Source: Actinomycetales bacterium
GTDB taxonomy: Bacteria > Actinomycetota > Actinomycetes > Actinomycetales > CAVURS01
Assembly (NCBI GenBank): GCA_045807245.1
Contig: JBJMHS010000038.1
Location: forward strand, 1 to 37,481
Direction of reading: 5' to 3'
Length of the DNA: 37,481 nucleotides
Made by a program: the position numbers and the translations under genes. This document shows, in pieces, positions 1 through 10,005 of this stretch (positions are counted from its first letter, which is position 1; every line of letters begins with the position of its first letter). Under the pieces are notes generated by a model that did not search any database, was not told the origin of the DNA, and saw only the letters and a program-made list of their open reading frames with translations.

Positions 1-669
1 CATGAGGCCGAAGGCGTTGCTGATCAGCTTGGTCGTGGGCAGGTGCGGTCCCCGGCACAGGTCCCGCCAGGCGACCGAGCCGTCTCGCCGTACGTTGTCG
101 TAGATGGTCAGCTCGTTGCCACCGACCTCGGTCGCCGCACCTTCGGCGGCGCCAGCGAGGTCGGCATCGGAGGCGGCACCTCCCTTGAGCCCGATCAGCT
201 CGAGCTTGTACGGCTCGTCGGCCAGCTCGGTCCGGGCCTCGTCGTCGGTGACGACCCGCCGCACGAACGCCTGACCCTCGTTGACGATGCGCTGCATGCC
301 CTTCTCGAGCGCCTTGAGATCCTCGGGGGTGAACGCGCTCTTGACGTCGAAGTCGTAGTAGAAGCCATCGGTGACCGGCGGCCCGATGCCGAGCTTGGCG
401 TCCGGATGCATCTGCTGCACCGCCTGGGCCAGAACGTGAGCGGCCGAGTGACGCAGCACCGAAAGACCGTCCGGTGAGTCGATGGTCACCGGCTCGACGG
501 CGTCGCCGTCCCGCAGAACGTGCGCCAGGTCGCGCAGCTGGCCGCCGACTCGCGCCACGACCACGGCCCGCGGCCCGCGCTGCTCGTCGGCGAAGAGCTC
601 AGCGGCCGTCGTCCCCGCCGGCACGCATCGCTCGCTCCCTGCGACGGTGACGGTGATCTGGGCGGACAC
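1..669 (-). CDS. thrS: Threonyl-tRNA synthetase, N-terminal part (runs off window edge)
   Basis: Manual translation from GTG 669: [11 protein letters not shown]...[14 protein letters not shown]...[16 protein letters not shown] (TGS/editing domain); SD AGGAGG upstream. Absent from ORF track because it is truncated. Confidence 0.96.
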   Translation of the reverse strand, partial: MSAQITVTVAGSERCVPAGTTAAELFADEQRGPRAVVVARVGGQLRDLAHVLRDGDAVEPVTIDSPDGLSVLRHSAAHVLAQAVQQMHPDAKLGIGPPVTDGFYYDFDVKSAFTPEDLKALEKGMQRIVNEGQAFVRRVVTDDEARTELADEPYKLELIGLKGGAASDADLAGAAEGAATEVGGNELTIYDNVRRDGSVAWRDLCRGPHLPTTKLISNAFGLM

Positions 670-709
670 GTGGCCCTCCTTGCCGGTCGGTGAAACGGAC
701 TGGGCGAGC

Positions 710-1318
710 CTAGCCGCGTGGCTGCACCGAGTCTCCGAGGTTGATCCGCCCCGGCCGGACCACCTCGGCGTACACGCCGAGGCAGTGCTTCGGCACCGTC
801 GAGACGTGGAGGACCGCGTCGCCCACGGCGACGTCCTGGCCGACCCAGGCGCGTTCGAAACCCTCCGGCGGGTCGTCGCCCAGGTCCAGCATGACGTTGG
901 CGCGGGGTGTCTCGATGTCACACGCCGGGTCGTCGCTCGTCGTACCGATCGCGGCGGCCACCGCCTGCCGCGAGACCAGGTGTACGGCGGCGGCCTCCTG
1001 CCCGCTGCCTTGCACCCGGGCCAGCCGTACCGGCGCACCGATGTACGTCGACAGGGCGGCGTCCGCGTCCGGGCCGGCGACCCTCGCTGCGACGCCCGGG
1101 ACGTCCAGAGTCGGCGCCGCGCCCACGTCGACGACGGTCACCTCGCGCAGCCCGGGCGAGGTCCGGGCGCTGACCACCCCTCCGTCCTCGGCGATGACGG
1201 ACCAGGCGCGGTCGCCGTCCAGGCCGGCCGGCGTCACGTCGGCACCGGCCAACCCCGCGGCGCCCATGGACTTCACGGGATAGGTGTGGACTTCGACGAC
1301 CCGGGCGCCCGTGCTCAT
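710..1318 (-). CDS. MOSC domain protein
   Basis: [20 protein letters not shown] and C-terminal [19 protein letters not shown] motifs; ATG 1318 preceded by -10-like GATACT-N6. Confidence 0.85.
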   Translation of the reverse strand: MSTGARVVEVHTYPVKSMGAAGLAGADVTPAGLDGDRAWSVIAEDGGVVSARTSPGLREVTVVDVGAAPTLDVPGVAARVAGPDADAALSTYIGAPVRLARVQGSGQEAAAVHLVSRQAVAAAIGTTSDDPACDIETPRANVMLDLGDDPPEGFERAWVGQDVAVGDAVLHVSTVPKHCLGVYAEVVRPGRINLGDSVQPRG

Positions 1319-1347
1319 GACGCGAGTATCCCCCTGAGCCGACTGCG

Positions 1348-2334
1348 TCACGCCTGGCGTCGCCTGATCTCGGCGTTGATGGCGGGCACCACCTCGTGCA
1401 GGTCGCCGATGACGGCGTAGTGCGCCTTCGTGACCATGGGCGCGTCGGCGTCCGTGTTGATGGCCAGGATGGTCTGGGCCGAGGAGCAACCCACCCAGTG
1501 CTGGATCGCGCCGCTGATGCCGCAGGCGATGTAGATCTGGGGCGAGATCTTCGACCCCGTCTGCCCCACCTGCTCATGGTGCGGCCGCCAGCCCAGCGAG
1601 GTCACCACGCGCGAGACGCCGAGTGCGCCGCCGAGCAGCTCGGTCAGCTCCAGCAGGTCGTCGAACCCGTTCTGGCCCCCGGCACCGCGACCCGCGCCGA
1701 CGACGACGCGCGCGGACTTCAGGCTTCCCGACATGTCGGGCTCCGGGTCGGAGACGGAGACCACTCGGGCCAGGAGGTCCTGCTCGGCCACCGACGGCTG
1801 CTCGACCACGACCTGCGCCGGACCGGGAGCGGGCGCGGGCGACGCCTCGAGCGCGTGCCCCGCCACGGTGAGGATCGCGGGATCGTCGGTCAGGCGCATC
1901 TCCTCCAGCGCCGCACCACCGACGACCTGACGGGTCACGGTCAGGGGCTGTGCGCTGTCCAGCGCCACCACGTTCGCCGCCATCGCCACGCGCCGGCGCG
2001 CGGCCAGGTGGGCCATGACCTCGTTCCCACGAGGAGTGCCGGCCGCCATGACGACGGCCGATCCGGACGCCGAGAGCACGCTGTCGACCCCGGCGGCCCA
2101 GGCGGCGCCCGCGTAGGCGTCGAACGCCTCGCCGGTCAACACGTGGACCTTGCGCACGCCGTACCCGGCCAGCTCCTGCACGAGGGAGGGCGCCGGCTGG
2201 CCGACCACGACAGCGTCGATGCCAGCTTCCCCGTCAGCGCCTCCGGGAGCGAGACTGCGCGCGAACGTCAGGGCCTCGTCGGAGACGTCCACGAGGACGC
2301 CGGCGTTGGTCTGCTCGACCAGGACCAGGGTCAT
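1348..2334 (-). CDS. etfA: Electron transfer flavoprotein alpha subunit
   Basis: GAGRG, QVGQTG, GISGAIQH, INTDADAP FAD-binding motifs; ATG 2334 overlaps etfB stop (ATGA). Confidence 0.95.
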   Translation of the reverse strand: MTLVLVEQTNAGVLVDVSDEALTFARSLAPGGADGEAGIDAVVVGQPAPSLVQELAGYGVRKVHVLTGEAFDAYAGAAWAAGVDSVLSASGSAVVMAAGTPRGNEVMAHLAARRRVAMAANVVALDSAQPLTVTRQVVGGAALEEMRLTDDPAILTVAGHALEASPAPAPGPAQVVVEQPSVAEQDLLARVVSVSDPEPDMSGSLKSARVVVGAGRGAGGQNGFDDLLELTELLGGALGVSRVVTSLGWRPHHEQVGQTGSKISPQIYIACGISGAIQHWVGCSSAQTILAINTDADAPMVTKAHYAVIGDLHEVVPAINAEIRRRQA

Positions 2335-3104
2335 CGGGTCAGCACTCCCAGCGTCTCCAGCAGGTCGACGACAGCGCCGGCCGCGGCTGCCCCGGTGCCG
2401 AGAACCTGCACCTGCGACGGAGGCGGCTCGGGCAAGCGGAGCCGCACCCGGGAGGGTCCGATGAGCTCCGTACCAGGCTGCCGCTGCTCGATGGTCACCC
2501 GCTTGGCCTTCATCCGGCCCGGAATGGTCGGGTACCTCGGTTCGACGCCGCCTTCCAGGACGGTGACGACGGCGGGCAGGGGCACGTCGTAGGTCTCCTG
2601 ACCGTCGGGGCCTTTGACGAACGCGACCACATGGTCGTCTTTGATCTCCGCCACGTTGGCGCCGTTGACGATCGGCCGGCCCAGCTCGTGCGCGAGCCGG
2701 ATGCCGACCTGGAAGTCCCCGCTGTCGGCGGCGTCGTTGCCGAGGAGGACCAGGCCGTAGACCCGGCCGGACGCAGCGTGGTCGGTGACCACCGCCGCCA
2801 GCTCCGCGGCGACATCGGCCGGGCCGCGCAGCCCCGAGTCGGCGACGATATGGGTCGCCGCGTCGACACCCATCGCCAAGGCGGTCCGGAGCTGCTCCTC
2901 CGCGTCCTCGTCGCCGAGCGTCACAACGGTGGACGAGCCGTCCGTCGCCTTGGCCACCTGCACGGCCAGCTCGATCGCGCACTCCTCATGACGGCTCAGG
3001 GTGAAGCCGGCGTACCGGCCGTCGATCGACTGCTCGTCGGGGCTCAGAGTCACCTTGCCGGTGGGGTCGACGACTCTCTTCACGCAGACCAGAACGTCCG
3101 TCAT
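2331..3104 (-). CDS. etfB: Electron transfer flavoprotein beta subunit
   Basis: VCVKRV, ALAMGVD, LLGNDAADSG, EPRYPT motifs; coupled to etfA. Confidence 0.95.
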   Translation of the reverse strand: MTDVLVCVKRVVDPTGKVTLSPDEQSIDGRYAGFTLSRHEECAIELAVQVAKATDGSSTVVTLGDEDAEEQLRTALAMGVDAATHIVADSGLRGPADVAAELAAVVTDHAASGRVYGLVLLGNDAADSGDFQVGIRLAHELGRPIVNGANVAEIKDDHVVAFVKGPDGQETYDVPLPAVVTVLEGGVEPRYPTIPGRMKAKRVTIEQRQPGTELIGPSRVRLRLPEPPPSQVQVLGTGAAAAGAVVDLLETLGVLTR

Positions 3105-5608
3105 CAGCGGATCCGCTCGTTGTTCGGGTCCAGGAGCGCCGTGATGTCGGCCGACGCGACGGTGACCGGGTACAGCTCCTCCATGTACGAGACGGCCAGC
3201 TCGTTGCCGACGACGGCCTCCTGCGGCGGCAGGTACGCGAGCAACAGATGCCGGCCCAGAGACGGAGCCGAGCCCGCGCTCGTGACGTACGGGTGCCAGC
3301 CATGGCCGTCGGTCAGCGTCTCGCCCGAGCGCTTCAGGATCGGCTCACCGCCGAGCATGTAGCGCTTCACGCCGGACGCCGACGTGTGGTCGTCGACGGT
3401 CAGCGTGCAGAGCACCGCCTTGGGCTCCTCCTCGCGCTGCTTGAGGTAGGCCTCGCGGCCGACGAAGTCGACCTCCTTGACCTTCGGTCTCTGCATCCCC
3501 GCCTCGACGATCGAACGCTCGCCGTCGAGCTCGTACCCGAACGCGCGGTAGCCCTTCTCGATGCGCCCGGTGGTCCCGTAGACCCCGATGCCGACCGGTA
3601 CGGCGCCGTGCCGGGCCCCTGCCTCCAGCAGGCTCTCCCAGAGTGATGCCGCATCGTCGAAGGCGACGTAGAGCTCCCAGCCGAGCTCGCCGACGTACGA
3701 GATGCGCGAGGCCAGGACAGTGACGTCACCGATCTGCAGCTCCCGGCAGGTCAGGAACCGGAAGCCCTCGTCCGAGACGTCGTCGCGGGTCAGCCCGGCC
3801 AGGATGTCCCGCGCGCGCGGACCCCACACCCCGATGGTGGAGACCTCGTCGGTTCGGTCGGTGAGCGCCGCACCGTCGGCCAGCTGGTCGGAGAACCACT
3901 TGCTGTCGGCGCGGCCGTGCGCGCCACCGGTCACGACCCGGAAGTGGTTCTCTCCCAACCGCATCACCGTGAGGTCGGACCGGAAGCCCCCCTTGGCGTC
4001 GAGGACGGGCGTGTAGATCACCCGCCCGACCGGCACGTCGCACTGGGCCACACACGTCCGCTGGACCGACTCGAGCGCGCCCGGCCCCTCGATGTCCAGG
4101 ATCTGGAAGGCGCTCAGGTCGATGACCCCCGCGGCCTCGCGCATGCGCAGGTGCTCGGCGTTGATGATCGGGCTCCACCAGCGGGCGTCCCACTCGTTCG
4201 CCCGCGGCATGACCGCGTCGCCGTACTGCTCCAGCAGTCCGGCGTTCGACTCGTACCAGTGCGGCCGCTCCCAGCCGGCGGTCTCGAAGAAGACGGCGCC
4301 CAGCTTCTTCTGCGACTCGTGCATGGGCGCGAGACGGATGTTGCGGTCGGACTCGTACTGCTCCGACGGATGGATGATCCCGTAGGTCTTGATGAACGAC
4401 TCGGTGGTCCGGGCCCGGGTGTGTTCGCGGTTCATCTGATGGGGATGGAACCGAGCGATGTCGCTGTGGTTGACGTCGATCTCCGGCTGTCCGTGGACCA
4501 TCCACTCCGCCACTGCGCGACCGACGCCCGGACCCTCCTTGACCCACACCGCGGAGGCCGTCCACAGTCCCTTGACCAGGCTCTCGCCGAGGATCGGGCT
4601 GCCGTCGCACGTGAGCGACAAGAGGCCGTTGATGGCGTAGCGGATCTCCGCACCCTCAGCGCCGAGCAGCTCCGGCATGAGCTCGTAGGCCTGCTCGAGC
4701 TGTGGGTCGAAGTCGTCGGAGGTGAACGGCAGCTCGGTCGGCGACAGGCTCGCCTGCTCGATCGAGGGGATGTCCTCCGGGGCCATCAGGATCGCCCGGT
4801 GCGCGTAGGAGCCCACCTCCATGTCGGCCCCGTGCTGGCGTTCGTAACAGAAGGTGTCCATGTCGCGGACGATGGGGAACGAGATCTCGCCCTCCCGCTC
4901 GGCCAGCTGCGGGCAGGGACCCACGCTGATCATCTGGTGCACCGCCGGAGTGAGCGGGATCGAGATGCCCGCCATGTCGCCGATCTTGGGGCTCCACACG
5001 CCGCAGGCGATCACGACCTGCTCCGCTTCGATCGTTCCCAGCGATGTGTGCACCCGACGGATCCGACCGTTCACGACCTCCAGGTCGGTCACCTCGACGT
5101 TCGGCACGACCGTGAGCGCGCCGGATGTCAGGGCGCTCTCCCGCATCAAGGTGCCGGCCCGCAGGGAGTCCACGACGCCGACGCTCGGCGTCCAGAACGC
5201 GCCCAGGAACTTGTCCGTCTCGATGAACGGCACCTTCTCCTTGACGAACTCGGGAGTCACCAGTGAGGCCTCGATACCCCAGGCCCGGGCGCTCGACATG
5301 CGGCGGCGGAGCTCCTCCATCCGCGCCTCGGTCCGCGCGATCTCGAAACCACCGGACTCGGTGAAGACGCCCAGCTCCTTGTACTGGCGCACCGAGTCGA
5401 GGGTGAGGTCCGTGATCTCGCGCGAGTGGTCCACCGGGAAGATGAAGTTCGAGGCGTGCCCGGTGGAGCCGCCGGGGTTCGGCAGCGGTCCCTTGTCCAG
5501 CTGGACGATGTCGCGGACGCCGAGCCGGGCCAGGTGATGGACGAGGCTGTTGCCGACGATGCCGGCGCCGATCACGACGACCCGGGCGTTGCTGGGAACG
5601 GTGCTCAA
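3104..5608 (-). CDS. GcvT-family FAD-dependent dimethylglycine/sarcosine dehydrogenase
   Basis: GAGIVG Rossmann motif, GSTGHA (covalent-FAD His position), C-terminal THF-binding GcvT domain (RISYVGELGWELY, RIEKGY); 834 aa; TTG start. Confidence 0.9.
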   Translation of the reverse strand: MSTVPSNARVVVIGAGIVGNSLVHHLARLGVRDIVQLDKGPLPNPGGSTGHASNFIFPVDHSREITDLTLDSVRQYKELGVFTESGGFEIARTEARMEELRRRMSSARAWGIEASLVTPEFVKEKVPFIETDKFLGAFWTPSVGVVDSLRAGTLMRESALTSGALTVVPNVEVTDLEVVNGRIRRVHTSLGTIEAEQVVIACGVWSPKIGDMAGISIPLTPAVHQMISVGPCPQLAEREGEISFPIVRDMDTFCYERQHGADMEVGSYAHRAILMAPEDIPSIEQASLSPTELPFTSDDFDPQLEQAYELMPELLGAEGAEIRYAINGLLSLTCDGSPILGESLVKGLWTASAVWVKEGPGVGRAVAEWMVHGQPEIDVNHSDIARFHPHQMNREHTRARTTESFIKTYGIIHPSEQYESDRNIRLAPMHESQKKLGAVFFETAGWERPHWYESNAGLLEQYGDAVMPRANEWDARWWSPIINAEHLRMREAAGVIDLSAFQILDIEGPGALESVQRTCVAQCDVPVGRVIYTPVLDAKGGFRSDLTVMRLGENHFRVVTGGAHGRADSKWFSDQLADGAALTDRTDEVSTIGVWGPRARDILAGLTRDDVSDEGFRFLTCRELQIGDVTVLASRISYVGELGWELYVAFDDAASLWESLLEAGARHGAVPVGIGVYGTTGRIEKGYRAFGYELDGERSIVEAGMQRPKVKEVDFVGREAYLKQREEEPKAVLCTLTVDDHTSASGVKRYMLGGEPILKRSGETLTDGHGWHPYVTSAGSAPSLGRHLLLAYLPPQEAVVGNELAVSYMEELYPVTVASADITALLDPNNERIR

Positions 5609-5631
5609 TTCGACTCTCCGAAAGACCGAGG

Positions 5632-5668
5632 GTTGCGTATTACGCTTCGATGCATCGCTATGTAGAAC
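5632..5668. promoter_or_regulatory. Tandem putative IclR operators upstream of the dehydrogenase-ETF operon
   Basis: GTTGCG-TATTA-CGCTTC (5632-5648) and GCATCG-CTATG-TAGAAC (5652-5668); -10-like TATTGT on minus strand at 5666-5671. Confidence 0.6.
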
Positions 5669-5690
5669 AATATCGCACGATGCTGCCGCG

Positions 5691-5725
5691 GTCCTGTGGC
5701 CGGCCGAGGTGGCCGGCCACAGGAC
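5691..5725 (-). terminator. GC-rich hairpin after the ABC operon
   Basis: GTCCTGTGGCCGGCC-GAGGT-GGCCGGCCACAGGAC: 15-bp perfect stem, 5-nt loop, 16 nt past the binding-protein stop; no U-tract. Confidence 0.7.
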
Positions 5726-5741
5726 ATGGCCGTTCCTGCGG

Positions 5742-6755
5742 TCAGCTCTTGCCGGTGCCCGCCAGCCACTGGGTGACCAGCTCCGGGTGCGCGTCCAGGA
5801 ACTTCTTCGCGGCGTCGTCGTCGCTGAGCTTGTCGACAGCGATCGACTTGGCGACCAGGTTCTGGTCGTCGTTCGTCCAGGTGAAGTTCTTGATCACGGT
5901 GTACGCCGGGCTACCGGAGTTCGCGAACTTGGTCGACACGATCTTGTTCAGGTCGTACGGCGGGTAGTCGCACGCGACCTTGGCCAGGTCCTTGTCACAG
6001 CCGGGGGTGTACGGCGGGAGCGGGATATGCACCAAGGGCACCTCGGAGTTGAACCACTGCGGCGTGTAGAAGTAGCCGATCAGCGGCTTCTGGTTCTTCT
6101 CCGCCGCCCGGAAGGCAGTGATGAGCGCGGGCTCGCTGCCGGCGTACACGACCTTGAAGTTCAGCTTGAGGTTCTTCACCAGTGCCGCGTCGTTGGTGAC
6201 GTACGACGGGTCGCCGTCGAGCAGCTGACCCTTGCCACCGGACTCCGACGTCTTGAACAGCGACGCGTACTTGTTGAGGTTGTGCCAGTCGGTGATGTCC
6301 GGGTACTTCTTCGCCATCCACGGCGGGACGAACCAGCCGATGATGCCTTGGACCTTCGTCGAACCGGCGTTCTGGGCGACCTTCTGCTGCGTGATGTACT
6401 TCGCGGCCAGGTCGTCGTGGCCCCAGTTCTCCAGGATGGCGTCGACCTGTCCGGTCGCGAACCCTTGCCACGACACCTGCTCGTTGATGTGCTTGACGTT
6501 GACGTTGCAGCCAACCTTGTTCTTCAGCACGTAGGCGACGACTGCGAGGTTCGCCTCGTAGCCGACCCAGGCGTTGTCGGCCAGGTTGACCGTGCCACAC
6601 GGCTTGCTGGCGCCACCCGAGGCGGAGCCTCCGCTGCCCGCGGTGTCACCTACCTTGCCACCACCACAGCCCGCCAGGACCAGCGCGGCGATCGCCAACG
6701 CGGCCGTGGGAACTGCGCTGCGCCACAACGCTTTCCGCATTTTGATTCGTCGCAT
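5742..6755 (-). CDS. proX: Glycine betaine/choline ABC transporter substrate-binding lipoprotein (ProX/OpuAC family)
   Basis: Signal peptide with lipobox LAGC; NAWVG, ENWGH, YFYTPQW aromatic residues. Start uncertain (6740/6755/6860). Confidence 0.88.
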   Translation of the reverse strand: MRRIKMRKALWRSAVPTAALAIAALVLAGCGGGKVGDTAGSGGSASGGASKPCGTVNLADNAWVGYEANLAVVAYVLKNKVGCNVNVKHINEQVSWQGFATGQVDAILENWGHDDLAAKYITQQKVAQNAGSTKVQGIIGWFVPPWMAKKYPDITDWHNLNKYASLFKTSESGGKGQLLDGDPSYVTNDAALVKNLKLNFKVVYAGSEPALITAFRAAEKNQKPLIGYFYTPQWFNSEVPLVHIPLPPYTPGCDKDLAKVACDYPPYDLNKIVSTKFANSGSPAYTVIKNFTWTNDDQNLVAKSIAVDKLSDDDAAKKFLDAHPELVTQWLAGTGKS

Positions 6756-6856
6756 TCCGTATTGCCTTCCTGAGTCGCCATCGGCAGTCGATGGAGTTGT
6801 GGACGCCTCTCGTCCCGGTGGTTCGATCCCGGCCCGGTCCTTGGTGGCCCCTGCCG

Positions 6857-8896
6857 TCACGTCCCTCGAGCGTGACGGTTCGTGGCCCGGTCAGCGGCCG
6901 ACCGCGTGACGCGGTCGAGCATGATCCCGAGCATGACGATGGCGAATCCGGCGGCCAGACCCTTGCCGAAGACGCTCAGCTGCGTGAACCCGGCGACCAC
7001 GTCGTAACCGAGCGCGCCCGCGCCCACCAGGCCGCCGACGACGACCATGGAGAGCACGTAGATCAGCCCCTGGTTCGTGGCCAGCACGAGCGTCCGGGCC
7101 GACATGGGCAGCTGGACCTTCGTGATCAGCTGCCACGTGCTGGAGCCGGCCGACGTCGCCGCTTCGACCGTGGTCGGCGAGACCTGACGGATCCCGTCGG
7201 CGATGATCTTCACCGCCACCGGAGCGGCATAGGCGATGGCCGCGACGATCGCCGTGAACCGGCTCGGGTCGAACAAGGCCAGCAGCGGGACGAGGTACAC
7301 GAACGCAGGGATCACCTGCAGCATGTCCAGCACGGGCCGGATGACCTGGTCGGCCACGTCGCTGCGACCCATCCAGACCCCGATGACGACGCCGACGATC
7401 ATGGTCAGGACGGTCGCCACCAGCGTCGAGGCCAGGGTGTCCATGGAGTCCTGCCACAGGCCGACCGCGATGATCGCGCCCAGGCTGGCCGCGGTCCAGA
7501 CCACAGCGCGCACGCCGCCGACGATGAGCGCGATACCCAGCAGGGCGGCGCCGGTCAACCAGAACGGTGAGTTGTCGAGCAGTGACTGCAGCGGGTTCAG
7601 CCCGTGCAGGGTGATGTTGTTCTTGACCGCGCTCGTCACGCCGCTGAAGTTGTCCTGCACCCAGGTCGTCACATTCGTGACGGCTTTGGTGATGCCGTCA
7701 CCGACGGGATGGTCGCCGGTGTCGTCGCCAGGGAACTGCGCCGCGAACAGGTAGGTGTACGAGACGTAGACGAGCGCCAGAGTCACCAGCGCGCCGACGC
7801 CCAGAGCCGGGCGGCGGTACTGCCGGTACGGCGAAGCGGCGGCGGCCGCACGGCGGTGCGGGTCGGCGCGGATGGAGGCGGCTGTCGTGACCCGGTCCAG
7901 GATGATCGCCATCACCACGATGGCGAGGCCGGCGTTGCCCGCCGTGCCGACGTCGAGGCTCTCCAGGGCCTGGATGACGGTCTGGCCCAGGCCCGGAGCC
8001 CCGATGAGCGCCGCGATGGTCACCATCGACAGGGCCGCCATGATCGTCTGGTTGATGCCGACGACGATCGTGCGCCGGGCCATCGGCAGGAGCACCTTGA
8101 TGAGCCGCTGCCAGCCCGTGGACCCCAGGCTGTCGGCGGCCTCCACGGTGTTCGCCGGGACGCCGCGGATGCCGTGCGCGGTGAGCCGGATCACCGGCGG
8201 TGCCGCGTAGATGACGGTGGAGATGACGGCGGATGCCGGGCCGATGAGGAAGAACAGCGCGAGCGGCGTCAGGTAGGCGTAGGCCGGCATGATCTGCATG
8301 AAGTCGAGGATCGGCGTGACGATCGAGTCGACCCGCCGGGACAGCCCGGCCCACACGCCGATCGGGATGCCGATCACGAGCGACACCGCGACGGACACAA
8401 GCGTCAGGGCCAGCGTGTCCATGCTCTGCTGCCACAGACCCTGCAGACCCATGAACGCGAAGCCGGCGACCGCGAGGATCGACACCTTCCAGTTGCCCCA
8501 GGCCCAGGCCACGAAACCGGCGATCGCCACGACTCCGAGCCACCCGATCAGCGGCAGCGGCCGCGTGCCGTAAGGCTGGGAGATGAGATGCTGCACGGCG
8601 GTCGTGAACGAGTCGATGACGCTGCGGATCGGGTTGAAGAAGTAGACGAACACCGGGCTGGTCGTCTGGTGGTCACCCACCCACGCGTTGAGGTCGTTCA
8701 GCTTCTCGTCGACCTTCGACAGGTCGGCCGGTGCGAGCGGCAGCGTGTTCTTGCCCTTGAGCGGGATGTACAGGGCGATCCACGCGAGGATGACCAGCCC
8801 CACCATCTCGAGCCGGCTCAGTCGCCGGCGCGGCTCGGGCTGTGGCGGCGGGGCGGGCTCCGCGGAGGCCGGCCGTTCCGGAGCGATGGTGGTCAT
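6857..8896 (-). CDS. proW: Glycine betaine ABC permease with two fused ProW-type membrane domains
   Basis: Two repeats of D..Q..P...YL.P and EAA loop (EAADSLG, EAATSAG); 679 aa. Confidence 0.9.
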   Translation of the reverse strand: MTTIAPERPASAEPAPPPQPEPRRRLSRLEMVGLVILAWIALYIPLKGKNTLPLAPADLSKVDEKLNDLNAWVGDHQTTSPVFVYFFNPIRSVIDSFTTAVQHLISQPYGTRPLPLIGWLGVVAIAGFVAWAWGNWKVSILAVAGFAFMGLQGLWQQSMDTLALTLVSVAVSLVIGIPIGVWAGLSRRVDSIVTPILDFMQIMPAYAYLTPLALFFLIGPASAVISTVIYAAPPVIRLTAHGIRGVPANTVEAADSLGSTGWQRLIKVLLPMARRTIVVGINQTIMAALSMVTIAALIGAPGLGQTVIQALESLDVGTAGNAGLAIVVMAIILDRVTTAASIRADPHRRAAAAASPYRQYRRPALGVGALVTLALVYVSYTYLFAAQFPGDDTGDHPVGDGITKAVTNVTTWVQDNFSGVTSAVKNNITLHGLNPLQSLLDNSPFWLTGAALLGIALIVGGVRAVVWTAASLGAIIAVGLWQDSMDTLASTLVATVLTMIVGVVIGVWMGRSDVADQVIRPVLDMLQVIPAFVYLVPLLALFDPSRFTAIVAAIAYAAPVAVKIIADGIRQVSPTTVEAATSAGSSTWQLITKVQLPMSARTLVLATNQGLIYVLSMVVVGGLVGAGALGYDVVAGFTQLSVFGKGLAAGFAIVMLGIMLDRVTRSAADRATNRHARGT

Positions 8897-10005
8897 CAGA
8901 GCGAGACCGACTCGCCCACGACCGCGTCGAGGATCTCGTCCTCACCGACGACACCCAGCAGCTGGCCGTTCTCGACGACCTTCACCGGCTTGTCACTGGC
9001 CAGGACTGCGCGCGCGGCCTCGCGGATGACGACGTGCGGGCCGAGCTCGGCTCCGTCGGTGGGCTCCCCCGCCTTCGGCGGGCGCATGATCCAGCGCAGG
9101 GTCAGGACGTCGGCCCGAGGGACGTCGTGCACGAAGTCGCGCACGTAGTCGTCGGCCGGCGCACCGACGAGCTCGTCGCCCGTGCCGATCTGCACCGGCT
9201 GGCCGTCGCGCATGATGAGGATCCGGTCGCCCAGCTTCAGCGCCTCGGACAGGTCGTGGGTGATGAAGATCATCGTCTTGCCGACCTCGTGGTGGAGTCG
9301 GATCACCTCGGCCTGCATGTCCCGCCGGATGAGCGGGTCCAGAGCCGAGAACGGCTCGTCGAACAGCATCATCTCCGGATCCGTCGCCAACGCCCGGGCC
9401 AGGCCTACGCGCTGCTGCATGCCTCCGGAGAGCTGGTCGGGGTAGGAGTTCTCGAAGCCGGACAGCCCGACGAGCTCGGTGACCTCGGCGGCCTTCCTCA
9501 TCCGCTCGGCCTTGCTCACCCCGCGGATCTCGAGGCCGTACGCGACGTTGTCGACGACCCGGCGGTGCGGCAGGAGACCGAAGTGCTGGAAGACCATCGA
9601 GACCTTGGTCCGACGCAGGTCGCGCAGCTCGCTGTCCGAGGCCTTGGTGACCTCGGTCCCCTGGAACTGGATCGACCCGGATGTCGGCTCGATCAGCCGG
9701 GTGAGACAGCGGACCAACGTGGACTTGCCCGAGCCGGACAGACCCATGACGACGAAGACCTCGCCCCGTGGCACCTCGAAGCTCACGTCGCGGACGGCGG
9801 TGACGCAGCCGGTCTTGGCCTTGATCTCCCGGGCCGTCATCTCCTTCAGGCTCTCGTCCGTGGTGATGCCTTCGGCCCCGTTGCCGAACACCTTCCACAG
9901 GTGGTCGACGGTCAGCTCGGCCTCGCCGGACGGCCTGCTGCCGTTCAGTGACCCGGGCACGACCTCGGGCCCGGCGTCAGTGGCGGATGTCGTCGGACTG
10001 GTCAC
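8896..10005 (-). CDS. proV: Glycine betaine ABC transporter ATP-binding protein
   Basis: [35 protein letters not shown]. Confidence 0.93.
   Translation of the reverse strand: MTSPTTSATDAGPEVVPGSLNGSRPSGEAELTVDHLWKVFGNGAEGITTDESLKEMTAREIKAKTGCVTAVRDVSFEVPRGEVFVVMGLSGSGKSTLVRCLTRLIEPTSGSIQFQGTEVTKASDSELRDLRRTKVSMVFQHFGLLPHRRVVDNVAYGLEIRGVSKAERMRKAAEVTELVGLSGFENSYPDQLSGGMQQRVGLARALATDPEMMLFDEPFSALDPLIRRDMQAEVIRLHHEVGKTMIFITHDLSEALKLGDRILIMRDGQPVQIGTGDELVGAPADDYVRDFVHDVPRADVLTLRWIMRPPKAGEPTDGAELGPHVVIREAARAVLASDKPVKVVENGQLLGVVGEDEILDAVVGESVSL

Noticed and set aside
700..708. TGGGCGA near thrS as a remnant att copy of tRNA-Val
   Set aside because: Only 7 bp in high-GC DNA; expected by chance.
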